From Deltaproteobacteria bacterium (GTDB taxonomy: Bacteria > Myxococcota > JACRCW01): a DNA stretch of 20,000 nucleotides. Shown here one piece after another: positions 8,463 to 17,103 of this stretch. The stretch's first letter is position 1, and the number at the start of each line of letters is the position of its first letter. The notes under the pieces were generated by a model. The model made no database searches, was not told where the DNA came from, and saw nothing but the letters and a program-made list of their open reading frames with translations. Both the position numbers and the translations under genes were made by a program. The stretch covers positions 53,170 to 73,169 of the forward strand of contig JACRCW010000161.1 in the NCBI GenBank assembly GCA_016218805.1, written 5' to 3'.

Positions 8463-9155
8463 GTGACCCACCAGTCAGATTCCTCGTCGAGGTCTGGGCC
8501 GGAAGCGATGCCGCGCCGCGGCACGGCAGGCCTTGTGGATCACGTGCCGGCGGTGGATGGTCAACGCCGCTTGACGTGGCGCGGGGGACGCGCCGGACGG
8601 GGTGCACGGATGCACGGTGTGGATGTGGCGGGCCTCCTGGCGGAGCTCCGGGGGCATTTTGGGCGCGCCAACGCGTCCAAGTTTGACGGGGGCGTTCCGC
8701 AGGCCACGGTGGTGGTGAACCCGCGGTTGCGCGCGCTGGTGGGGCGCGTGGTGTTTGCTGAGCGGCGCATTGAGCTCAGCGGATATCACCTGGCGCAGGA
8801 GTACGCGCGGCACGTGGCGTTCAAGACGCTGGAGCATGAGATGCTCCACCTGTGGCTGGACGCGCGCGGCCTGCCGTCCGGACACACGTCGCTGTTCAAG
8901 GAGATGGCGCGTGACCGGGCCATCCCGGTATGGCACGCGCTGCCCTACCCCAAGAACCAGTTCCGCCCGCGCACGCACGTCTATGAATGTCCCGCGTGCG
9001 AACGCCGCGTGGAGCGCGCGCGCCGCCTCAGCCTCACGCAGCGCAGCGCATGCGGCGCGTGCTGCCGGTTGCACAACGGTGGCCGGTTTGATGAGCGGTT
9101 CGTGATGCGGTGGGTGGAGACGGTGGAGCCGCTGCCGCTGCGGCGGGTGGCCTGA
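8463..9155 (+). CDS. SprT-like zinc metalloprotease with zinc ribbon (start uncertain; ATG 8508 or later possible)
   Basis: NPRLRALVGR, IELS, TLEHEMLH, GH...FK, then YECPAC...CGAC zinc ribbon: SprT architecture. Confidence 0.82.
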   Translation: MTHQSDSSSRSGPEAMPRRGTAGLVDHVPAVDGQRRLTWRGGRAGRGARMHGVDVAGLLAELRGHFGRANASKFDGGVPQATVVVNPRLRALVGRVVFAERRIELSGYHLAQEYARHVAFKTLEHEMLHLWLDARGLPSGHTSLFKEMARDRAIPVWHALPYPKNQFRPRTHVYECPACERRVERARRLSLTQRSACGACCRLHNGGRFDERFVMRWVETVEPLPLRRVA

Positions 9156-9162
9156 GGGACGG

Positions 9163-9987
9163 TCAGTCCTCGTCGGCGGCGGGGGGATCTCCCAGCACCA
9201 CCGCCTGGATGGACAGGTTCACGTAGCCCAGCGTCATCAGCGCCCACACCAGGAACGCGCCGGGGATTGCCACGTCCATGGCGTCCAGGAACGCGTTGGC
9301 CAGCAGGGCGGGGGTCATGGCCACGGCGGTCAGGCGCATGGCCACGTCATACGTGAGCCCCATGTCCAGGCGCGCGGCCAGCATGCGCGTGATGAAGCCC
9401 ATGATGGCCGCCTGCAGCACGTGCAGCAGCCAGCCCAGCACCACGGCCAGCAGGAAGAACATGACCGCGCCCCAGTTGCGCAGCAGGAGCATGGCGGCGG
9501 TGACCAGCGGCCCGTCCACGGACATGCCTTCCAGCGGGGCCAGCGGGGTGGACTCCACGGTGCCGTCCGGCTGCCGTGTGAGCACGTGGTCCTTGAGCAG
9601 GAGCATCCGCACGGAGGACCCATCCAGCGTCGTGAGCGTCCCGGTGGTGTCCACCACGATCACCGGCGTGGCATCGTCTCCTGCGCCCTCCTGCAGCAGC
9701 GTGAGCGGTTGGGTGGCCTCCAGGCGCAGCTGGCCGCCCTCCACCCGCAGCGGCGGTATGCGGGAGACCTGGGCCAGCACGTCATCCGTGATGCCGGCCC
9801 GCGCAGCCACGTGGACGCGCAGCGCCTGGGGCAGCGTCACCAGCGCCGCCACCAGCAACAGGTAGGCGGCGCCGTAGCCCCGCCAGTGGTGCGCCACGTC
9901 CCGGTAAAGCGGCCGCGAGTAGAACGCCAGGATGGGCGCGTGCAGGAACGCGTACTCGCGCTGCGGCGTGGGGGCGGGGGCGGTCAT
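9163..9987 (-). CDS. Integral membrane protein, DUF1189-like
   Basis: FYSRPLYRDV..W.GYG..YLLL N-terminal TM, soluble loop with IVVDTTG, several C-terminal TM helices, Y..AMRL..VAMTP. ATGA overlap with trmB. Confidence 0.7.
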   Translation of the reverse strand: MTAPAPTPQREYAFLHAPILAFYSRPLYRDVAHHWRGYGAAYLLLVAALVTLPQALRVHVAARAGITDDVLAQVSRIPPLRVEGGQLRLEATQPLTLLQEGAGDDATPVIVVDTTGTLTTLDGSSVRMLLLKDHVLTRQPDGTVESTPLAPLEGMSVDGPLVTAAMLLLRNWGAVMFFLLAVVLGWLLHVLQAAIMGFITRMLAARLDMGLTYDVAMRLTAVAMTPALLANAFLDAMDVAIPGAFLVWALMTLGYVNLSIQAVVLGDPPAADED

Positions 9988-10661
9988 GCCGGGCTCCCGG
10001 TGCGCCGGAACAGCAGGCGCCAGATGCGGTGGCCGCGTGCGGCGTGGTCCGCTTCGCGGCCGCTGCGCGCGCCCAGGACCGCGTGCGGCGCGTACCGTCC
10101 CGGGCCCATTTCATTGCGCAACCCGTCGGTAGCGGTGAGCAGCTCCATGATCTCGGCCGCCAGCATCTGCTGGTCGGTGGCGACGTGCAGCAAGCCGCCC
10201 GGGCGCAGCACCCGCACCAGCAGGCCGCGCGTGGTGGCGTTGATGATGCGCCGCTTGTGGTGGCGCTTCTTGAACCACGGATCCGGGAAGTAGACCACAA
10301 CGTGGCGCAGGCTGGCGGGGGCCAGCCATTCGCGCAGGCACAGGGTGCCCTCCGCGTGCAGGAAGTGCAGGTGCGGCAGCGGGCGGTCCAGGCGGGCCAG
10401 CGCTTCCCGGCAGCGCTCCACGTAGGCCCAGCGCACGTCAATCCCCAGGATGCGCGCGGAGGGACGCATGGCTGCGCGGGCCAGCAGCAGCTCCCCCAGC
10501 CCAAAGCCAATCTCCAGCTCCTCCGGCGGCCCGCCCATCACGGCGTGCCAGTCCGGCGGCTCCCGCGCCCCCTGGAAGGCCAGCGGGTTGGTGTGTTGCC
10601 GCAAGCGGCGGGGCCGCGGACGGCTTTCGCGCGGGTCCGGGCGGGCAACGGGAAGGCTCAT
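9984..10661 (-). CDS. trmB: tRNA (guanine-N7)-methyltransferase
   Basis: RLRQHTNPL, SAM motif ELEIGFGLG, GIDVR, YFPDPWFKKRHHKRRI, HVATD. Start placed at ATG 10661. Confidence 0.93.
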   Translation of the reverse strand: MSLPVARPDPRESRPRPRRLRQHTNPLAFQGAREPPDWHAVMGGPPEELEIGFGLGELLLARAAMRPSARILGIDVRWAYVERCREALARLDRPLPHLHFLHAEGTLCLREWLAPASLRHVVVYFPDPWFKKRHHKRRIINATTRGLLVRVLRPGGLLHVATDQQMLAAEIMELLTATDGLRNEMGPGRYAPHAVLGARSGREADHAARGHRIWRLLFRRTGSPA

Positions 10662-10763
10662 GGGCGCGGGCAACCTAGGCGCTTGTGCCTGTCCGCGCCA
10701 CACGCGCGCTGCCCATCCTGCGCTATGGTCCCGGCCATGGCGACGGATCCGAGGGCGATGCGC

Positions 10764-11345
10764 ATGCGTGGCACAATGGGACTGCTGGTGGCGGCGGTGA
10801 TGACGGCGGGATGCCCGCAGAAGGCCGAATGTGATTCCGCGGCGGACTGCGGGCCCCTGGAGCCGGGCGCCACCAGCAACGCCCCCGCGCGCGCGCCCAA
10901 GTACTGCACGGGCGGCACGTGTACGGACCCGCCCGGCGGCACCACCACGCTGGTGGTGGACCTGACCACGCCGCGCAACGTGGCGGTGGACTCCATCCGC
11001 TACGCGGTGGTGGATTACAAAGCCGCCAACGTGGAGAGCGCGTGTGAAGGCCGCCCCAACTGCCCCGCCGCCACCGCCACCTGTGATGACATCAAGGCCG
11101 AAGGCCTGGAGGCGCCGCGCTTCAACGTGGCGCTGGGCGGCGTGAAGAACACGCCGTCACAGGGGGGCACGCAGACGGTGTTCCAGGGCATCACGCTGGG
11201 GAGCGCGCCGCAGGCCAGCCAGTACCTGGTCATTGACGGACGCAGCGGCCAGCTGGGGGCAGGTGACCGGCTGGCGTGGGCGTGCGTGACGGTGACCCCG
11301 TCCGGGGCCACCCACACCCAGGCCGTCACGCTGCTGGTCCCGTAG
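10764..11345 (+). CDS. Cys-rich hypothetical lipoprotein
   Basis: GAGGG 8 nt before ATG 10764; signal MRGTMGLLVAAVMTAGC; CDSAADC...CTGGTC motif. The upstream part of track ORF 10029..11345 is antisense to trmB. Confidence 0.68.
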   Translation: MRGTMGLLVAAVMTAGCPQKAECDSAADCGPLEPGATSNAPARAPKYCTGGTCTDPPGGTTTLVVDLTTPRNVAVDSIRYAVVDYKAANVESACEGRPNCPAATATCDDIKAEGLEAPRFNVALGGVKNTPSQGGTQTVFQGITLGSAPQASQYLVIDGRSGQLGAGDRLAWACVTVTPSGATHTQAVTLLVP

Positions 11346-11352
11346 CGCCGCC

Positions 11353-12318
11353 ATGGGCTGGCGTGACGAGCTGTCCCGGGAGCTGAAGGAGGGGGTGGCG
11401 CTGGTGCGCTCGGGGGACCTCACGCGGCCGCCGCCCACCGCGCGGCTGCGCCGGGTGTTCCACGGGGCGGCGCTGGTTGTCGGCGTGTTGCGGACCATGT
11501 GGCACCACCCCGCCACGCGCCAGCGGTACCTGCAGGTGGTGCTGCCGCAGGCGGTGGCGGTGATGGCCGCCGCGGTGGTGTTTGGTCCGTCCCTGGACCG
11601 GCTGCCGGACACCTACAGCAGCGGGACCGGCGCCAGCCGCTGGGAGTTCACGCGCGGGGCCGCGGAGTTCTGGGCCACGCTGTACACCACGCTGTGCGTG
11701 GTGGAGTGGATTGTCATTGCGCTGTCCCGTGACTTCCACGACGAGCTGTCCGCCCGCGCCAGCCTCCTGGTGGGCGTCCCGCCGGAGGACTCGCCCGAGC
11801 AGCCGCGCGTGCGGCTCAACCTGGGCTGGTGCTTCCGCAAGCTCAAGCGCCGCGTGCAGGGGATGTTCATCTTTGCGGCGGGCTTGCCGCTGCTGGCGGT
11901 GCTGCTGCTGGTGCCGGAGCTGGGGGACGGGCTGTACTCCGTGGCGGCGGCGGGCTGGGGCTTCTACTGGCTGGCCACCTTCACGGTGGGCAAGACGGCA
12001 TACGCCTGGGCTGAACCCAGCCCGCGTGACCCGTGGTTCTTCCGCGCGTGGGAGCGGACGCAGGCGGGCACCGCGCTGTTGCGGTGGTGGCTTCCCAACC
12101 TGTTTGAGCGCATCTGGCGCCGGGTCACGGGGATGGCGGCGCGGCCGGCGTCGCTGGTGGAGCGCATGCCGTGGGAGAGCGGGGGGCTGGCGCTGATCCG
12201 GCTGCTGTGCGGGCTGCCGGTGGTCTACCTGTTCATCCGCCCGGTCATCCCGGTGGCGGCCGGGTACGTGCTCAAGGAGCACGGCATGCTCAAGGCGCCA
12301 CAGCCCGCGCCGCCCTGA
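11353..12318 (+). CDS. Polytopic membrane protein, possibly EI24/CysZ-like
   Basis: Several hydrophobic helices; ALSRDFHDELS segment; C-terminal LPVVYLFIRPVIPVAA resembles the EI24 end. Starts 7 bp after the lipoprotein. Family call is tentative. Confidence 0.65.
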   Translation: MGWRDELSRELKEGVALVRSGDLTRPPPTARLRRVFHGAALVVGVLRTMWHHPATRQRYLQVVLPQAVAVMAAAVVFGPSLDRLPDTYSSGTGASRWEFTRGAAEFWATLYTTLCVVEWIVIALSRDFHDELSARASLLVGVPPEDSPEQPRVRLNLGWCFRKLKRRVQGMFIFAAGLPLLAVLLLVPELGDGLYSVAAAGWGFYWLATFTVGKTAYAWAEPSPRDPWFFRAWERTQAGTALLRWWLPNLFERIWRRVTGMAARPASLVERMPWESGGLALIRLLCGLPVVYLFIRPVIPVAAGYVLKEHGMLKAPQPAPP

Positions 12319-12333
12319 GCGGGCCCGCGCGGG

Positions 12334-15300
12334 TCAATCATCATCAAACAGTTTGTCAATTTCATTACGCAGCGCCTGTTTGCCGGCCTGGGGTGGCTGC
12401 GGGGCCGCGGGCGGCGCCGGCCATCCCTGCGGCGGGGCGCCATACGGTCCGGGCACGCCGGTGGGCGGTGCGGACGGGGGCGGGGCACCGGGTTCGCCAA
12501 ACAGGTCATCCACGTTGGTGCTCCCCGCCGCCGGCGGCGAGGGATACCCGGGGTAGGCCGCTGCCGGCGCGCCAGCGGGCGGCGGCGGTGCGTACTGCTG
12601 GGGATAGGCCTGGGGAGCGCCGTACGGCTGTTGCTGCGGGTAGGCCGCCGGGGGGTAGCCGGGTGGCTGCGGATAGGCCGGCTGCGGGTAGGCCGGTGCC
12701 GGGTAGCCCGGTTGCGGTGGGTAGCCCTGTGGCTGCGGATAGGCCTGCGGCGGATAGCCGGGCTGGGGCGGATACCCGGCCGGTTGCGGGTAGGCCGGTT
12801 GCGCGGGGGGGTATCCCTGCTGCTGCGGCGGCGGATAGCCGGCCTGCGGCGGGTAGGGCGTTTGCGCGGCCGGGTATCCCGCGGGGGCGTAGGCGCCGTA
12901 CGCCGGTTGCTGCGGCGGGTAGCCCGGCTGCGGGCCTGCGGCGGGGGCGCCCTCCAACAGCACGCCGCCCACCACGGCCGGGATGTCATCTTCCGCCGCG
13001 GCGGGAGCCGTGTGCGGCACGGCGTTCCACGCGTTCCCGGAGTAGCGGTTCTCCGGGTGGTCCATGAGCATCTCCGAGCCGGACGCCAGCGGCATCGGGT
13101 CGTCGGGATTCCCGTCCAACGCCAGGTCGCTGATGCCCATGGACGGATCCCGGACCATGGGGTCAATGCGCCCCAATGGCGGTTCTTTGGACGAGGAGCC
13201 CAGCGGGCCGGACATGGACACGCTGCCTGAGCCCACCAGGTCCGCCGTGGGGGCGGAGGATGGGTCCACCAGGAAGCCCTGGGCGCCGGACCCCAGCAGG
13301 GCCGCGCGGCCATTGGGGTCCGCCTCAATGTTGCGCTCATACGCAAACATGTCAGGCGGCGCCGGCGGGGCTGGGGGCGGCGCGTAGGCAGGTGGCGGCG
13401 GCGGCGGCGGCGCGTAGGGAGGCGCGTAGGCCGGCGGCGCGTACGCCGGCGGCGGAGGATACCCGGCCGCCAGGACGGGGGGCGCGGCCGGTGAGCCCAC
13501 GGGTGTCCCCGCGACGACAAACGTCGGCTCGGGGGGGGCCACCGGCGCGGCCTGCACCACCGGCCCCTCCAGTTCCCGGTCGAAATCGGGGTCATAGGTG
13601 GAGGGCTCGGCCTCCTCGGCGGCCTCGGCGGCAAAGTTGGGGAGCGCGGCGCCCAGGGCCGGCGGCGCGGGTGCCGCCGGGCTGATGGGTGGCACCGCCG
13701 GGGCGACGGGCGGCGCGTACGGCGCCTCCGCGGGCGCATCAAGGCCGGACAGGTCCACGTTGGCGGCCCCCTCCGTCACGCCCAGGGGAGCAGCGGGGTA
13801 GTCCGCCAGGGAGGCCACCACGCCCACGGGCTGCTCGGCGAAGGTGGCGGGTTGCTCCTCAGGCGGCACCTCCGGGGCCACGGGTGCGGGCGGTGGCGCC
13901 GGGGGAAGCATGTCCTCCAACTCCGGTGCCAGCAGCCGCGGCGCCGGGGCCGCGTGCGCGTCCGCGGCCGGCTGCAGGGAGGCCGGGACGTGCATCTCGG
14001 TGGTCGCCAGGCCGCCTTCCGGTTCCCCCTCCGCCGCTGCTGCCGCGCTGGCGCGGGCCTGCCCGGGTGGCGGCAGCTGGTGCTCCGGAAGGTCAAACAC
14101 CGGGTCAAACTCGGGGTGGTCCGGGCCGTACCCCTTGTCCGCCGCCGCGGTCACCGGGGGCGGCGCCGGCTCCGCAGCGGGCGCCTGCTGACCCATGGCC
14201 CAATCAAACGCCTTCAAACCCTGCGGGACCTGCACCTGCACGGTGGCGTCCGTGAACATCTCCGCAGCCGCCGCAGGCCTGGGGACCAGGGAGTCCTCGG
14301 CGAGCGCCGGGGCCGGGTTGGGCTGGCCCCACGCCTGGAACAGGGGGTCCAACGCCGGGGCGGGCGCTGCCGGCGGGGCCGCGGAGAGGTCGCCGATGTC
14401 GTCGGCCACGGCCACCTCGTCCCCCGGCGTGGGGGCGGCGACGGCCGGGGCATCGGTGCCCGTCCAGTTGGTCTCAAACAGGGTGTCGTCGGCCGTACCG
14501 GGTTCCGCCGCCGGGACCGGCTCCATGTCCGCCGGGAGCGCAAGCTCCACGGGCCCGGCGAGCACGGGCGGTGGGGCGGGTGCTTCCGCCGCGGGCGCCG
14601 GGGCCGGGCGGGCCAGCGGCAGCGGGATGTCCAGGAAATCCAGCCCGGCCGGCGTGGCCTTGGGCGCAGGGGCCGGGGCCGGCGGGCTGACCAGGACGGC
14701 GGGGGGCGCAGGGGGGGCGGCGGCCGGTACCTCGTCAAACAGCCCCTCCAGCGGTGAGGGCGCTGCGGCAGGGGCGGGCGGCGGGGGAACGTCCGCAGCC
14801 AGCGGCTGGCCACCGGGGATGGGCGTCATCAGCGACTCGAACCCGGCTGCTGCCTCGGTCACGTCGGGGACCATGGGCGGCTCGGACAGGGGCGCACCCA
14901 CCTGCTCCGGAGCTGTCGGTAGTTCGAAGGGCGGCTGGGGCAGGGCCGGGGGCGGATTGACGTCGTCAGGCACCGCGGCGGGGGGCGGTGCGGACGCCTC
15001 TTCAGCGGAGGCGGCGTCCGCGCCGGGGGCCGGCGTGGCGGGCAGCGAATCCCAGCCGGGCTCCATGACGGGCGCGGCCATGGCCGGGATGGTGGGCTCG
15101 CCCTCCAACGGTGGCAGCGACGACGCTGGAGCCGCATCCAACGGCGCCAGCGAATCCGCCGGTGGCGCCGGCAGCGGCGCGCCGAATTCCGCGATGGCGG
15201 GCGGTGTGTCCCAGGCGGCGTCAGCTGGGCCCGCGAGGTCCGGGATGACCAGCGGGGCCTCCTCCGCCACGGGCGGGGCCGCGGGCAGCTCGGGGGGCGG

Positions 15301-15903
15301 AGTCGCCGGCACCTCGCTCAAGACGCCAAACAGCGCCTCCTCCGTCGGGGGCGCGGGCGGCGCCGGCGGCTCGGCGAAGAAATCCGTGACGGGTGCAGAG
15401 GCCGCCGTTCCGGCGGGCGGCTCCAGGGAAAAGTCCGCAACTGCCGCGGGCGGCGGAGTCGGCTCGGCGAAGAAGTCCGCCACCGGCGCGGCCACGGGCT
15501 CGGCGGGCGGGGCGGCTTCCTCGGGGGGTGATTCGGGGGGTTCCACGGATTCAGGCGGGAGGGCGGGGGACTCGGGGGACGGCTCCACGCGGTCAGCCAG
15601 CGCCGGCGCCGTGGCCAGCAGCTGCCGGACGCGCGCCAGCACCGCCGCGTCCGGCGCGGTGAAGGTGACCTCCATGACCCCGCCACCTGACGACAGCACC
15701 TCCCCGTCCACGCCGGTGCGCGGCGTGCCGTCCACGCTGGGCAGCTCCAGGAACACGCGCGTCCCCGCGGGCAGCGGGCGCTGTGTGAGCACCTGCAGAC
15801 CCGCGGGGCCCAGGCCGGCCAGGGAGTCCTCGCGCGCCGAGAGGAGCGATTCGTGCCACACGGAGTGGGCGCTTGACGGGGAGGCGGCGGAGCCGTTGGC
15901 CAT
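12334..15903 (-). CDS. ~1189-aa Pro/Ala-rich disordered protein with N-terminal PilZ-like domain and Tyr-Pro-Gln repeat tail
   Basis: ATG 15903 behind GGGA. LGPAGLQVLTQRPLPAGTRVFLEL...VDGEV...GVMEVTF is PilZ-like. Long acidic P/A region; YP(P)Q repeats; terminal ALRNEIDKLFDDD. Confidence 0.8.
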   Translation of the reverse strand: MANGSAASPSSAHSVWHESLLSAREDSLAGLGPAGLQVLTQRPLPAGTRVFLELPSVDGTPRTGVDGEVLSSGGGVMEVTFTAPDAAVLARVRQLLATAPALADRVEPSPESPALPPESVEPPESPPEEAAPPAEPVAAPVADFFAEPTPPPAAVADFSLEPPAGTAASAPVTDFFAEPPAPPAPPTEEALFGVLSEVPATPPPELPAAPPVAEEAPLVIPDLAGPADAAWDTPPAIAEFGAPLPAPPADSLAPLDAAPASSLPPLEGEPTIPAMAAPVMEPGWDSLPATPAPGADAASAEEASAPPPAAVPDDVNPPPALPQPPFELPTAPEQVGAPLSEPPMVPDVTEAAAGFESLMTPIPGGQPLAADVPPPPAPAAAPSPLEGLFDEVPAAAPPAPPAVLVSPPAPAPAPKATPAGLDFLDIPLPLARPAPAPAAEAPAPPPVLAGPVELALPADMEPVPAAEPGTADDTLFETNWTGTDAPAVAAPTPGDEVAVADDIGDLSAAPPAAPAPALDPLFQAWGQPNPAPALAEDSLVPRPAAAAEMFTDATVQVQVPQGLKAFDWAMGQQAPAAEPAPPPVTAAADKGYGPDHPEFDPVFDLPEHQLPPPGQARASAAAAAEGEPEGGLATTEMHVPASLQPAADAHAAPAPRLLAPELEDMLPPAPPPAPVAPEVPPEEQPATFAEQPVGVVASLADYPAAPLGVTEGAANVDLSGLDAPAEAPYAPPVAPAVPPISPAAPAPPALGAALPNFAAEAAEEAEPSTYDPDFDRELEGPVVQAAPVAPPEPTFVVAGTPVGSPAAPPVLAAGYPPPPAYAPPAYAPPYAPPPPPPPAYAPPPAPPAPPDMFAYERNIEADPNGRAALLGSGAQGFLVDPSSAPTADLVGSGSVSMSGPLGSSSKEPPLGRIDPMVRDPSMGISDLALDGNPDDPMPLASGSEMLMDHPENRYSGNAWNAVPHTAPAAAEDDIPAVVGGVLLEGAPAAGPQPGYPPQQPAYGAYAPAGYPAAQTPYPPQAGYPPPQQQGYPPAQPAYPQPAGYPPQPGYPPQAYPQPQGYPPQPGYPAPAYPQPAYPQPPGYPPAAYPQQQPYGAPQAYPQQYAPPPPAGAPAAAYPGYPSPPAAGSTNVDDLFGEPGAPPPSAPPTGVPGPYGAPPQGWPAPPAAPQPPQAGKQALRNEIDKLFDDD
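12541..12925 (-). repeat. Low-complexity (G/A)YP(P/Q)x coding repeats
   Basis: About 22 Tyr-centred units such as GYPPQP and AYPQP in ~128 aa. Confidence 0.85.
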
Positions 15904-16006
15904 GGTGTCCCGAACGGCGATGCGGGTCAGCCGGTGGTCCACCGGGAGCGCGTCGCCGGCAGGCACGCTAGCAGCGGAAACAAAACGGCGGCAAACTGCC
16001 GGCCCC

Positions 16007-16213
16007 GTGAAGCGCGCCCGCTGCCCCCGGTGCAAGGTGACCGTCCCACCGGAGAGCCGGGATGCGCCGTTCTGCTCGCCGCGCTGCCGCATGGCGGACC
16101 TGGGGGCCTGGTTGACGGAGAGCTACCGCATCCCCGCTGAACCGGATGACGACGACGACGGTGAGAGCCGCCCGGCGCACGGGACCATGCCGCCGCCGGA
16201 CGGCGACCAATGA
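16007..16213 (+). CDS. yacG: DNA gyrase inhibitor YacG
   Basis: CPRC...PFCSPRCRMADLGAWLTESYRIP followed by an acidic tail. GTG at 16007. Hidden at the end of track ORF 14195..16213. Confidence 0.9.
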   Translation: MKRARCPRCKVTVPPESRDAPFCSPRCRMADLGAWLTESYRIPAEPDDDDDGESRPAHGTMPPPDGDQ

Positions 16214-17103
16214 CCCCCGCCCGCGCGTTGCTCTGGGTGGCCCTGGGTGCGTGCTTCATCTCCTTCGCGGGACCGCTGACCCGGTTGTCCACGCTTCCCC
16301 CCACCACCAGCGCGGCCTGGCGCATGAGCATTGCCGCGGCCACGCTCTGGCTGCTGGCCGTGGCCCGCCGCCAACTGCCCAGCCGGGAGGTGGATCGCCG
16401 ACGCGCCGGCGCGTTCGCCATCCTGGCCGGGCTGGCGTTCGCCGGGGACCTGTTCGTGTGGCACCGGAGCATCCCTGCCGTCGGCGCGGGGGTGGCCACG
16501 CTGCTGCTGTCCACGCAGGTGTTTGCCGTGGCGGTGCTGTCCCGCGTGCTGCTGCGTGAGCACGTCCGGGCCGCCCTGTGGCTGCTGGCAGTGACCGCGG
16601 TGGGCGGCGTGGCGCTGCTCTCCGGCGCGGCGGGTGGCCGCGCGCTGGACCCCGTGGGACTGGCGCTGGGACTGCTCACCGGCGTGTTCTACGCGGCGTA
16701 CTATCTGTGCCTCCGCCACAGCCAATCCGTGCCCGGCGCGCTGCCGCCCATCCCCAACCTGGCCCTGTCAGCCAGCGTGGCAGCGGCGGGACTGGTGGCG
16801 CTGGCCGGCCTCACCGGCGAGGACCTCCAGACGCTGCCGGGCCGCGACCTGGTCATTGTGCTGGTGCTGGGCGTGGTGATCCACGTGGGCGGCTGGTTGT
16901 CCGCGCAGCACGGGATGACGCACGTGCCGGCCGCGCGCGGGAGCCTGGTGTTGCTGCTGCAACCGGCGCTGGCCGTGGTCTGGGGTTGGTGGTTGCTGGG
17001 CGAGGCGCTTTCCGCGCTGCAACTGATGGGCGTGCTGGTGACCCTGTGCTCCGTGGTGGGGGCCACGCTGCTGCGGTCCAACCAGGGAGGACGCCGTGTG
17101 TGA
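16210..17103 (+). CDS. DMT/EamA family transporter
   Basis: About 10 TM helices in two halves; AAWR, G.ATLL, LLLQPALAVVWGWWLLGEALS..Q..G. ATGA overlap with yacG. Confidence 0.9.
   Translation: MTPARALLWVALGACFISFAGPLTRLSTLPPTTSAAWRMSIAAATLWLLAVARRQLPSREVDRRRAGAFAILAGLAFAGDLFVWHRSIPAVGAGVATLLLSTQVFAVAVLSRVLLREHVRAALWLLAVTAVGGVALLSGAAGGRALDPVGLALGLLTGVFYAAYYLCLRHSQSVPGALPPIPNLALSASVAAAGLVALAGLTGEDLQTLPGRDLVIVLVLGVVIHVGGWLSAQHGMTHVPAARGSLVLLLQPALAVVWGWWLLGEALSALQLMGVLVTLCSVVGATLLRSNQGGRRV

Noticed and set aside
10029..10763. Long N-terminus of the 438-aa ORF
   Set aside because: Antisense to trmB; the lipoprotein signal starts at about 10764.
12319..12333. Terminator between convergent genes
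   Set aside because: Only a short GC palindrome (CCCGCGCGGG) with no U-tract; insufficient support.
14195..16006. 672-aa Gly/Ala/Ser-rich plus-strand ORF
   Set aside because: Antisense shadow of the Pro/Ala-rich gene. Only the last 68 codons (yacG) look real.
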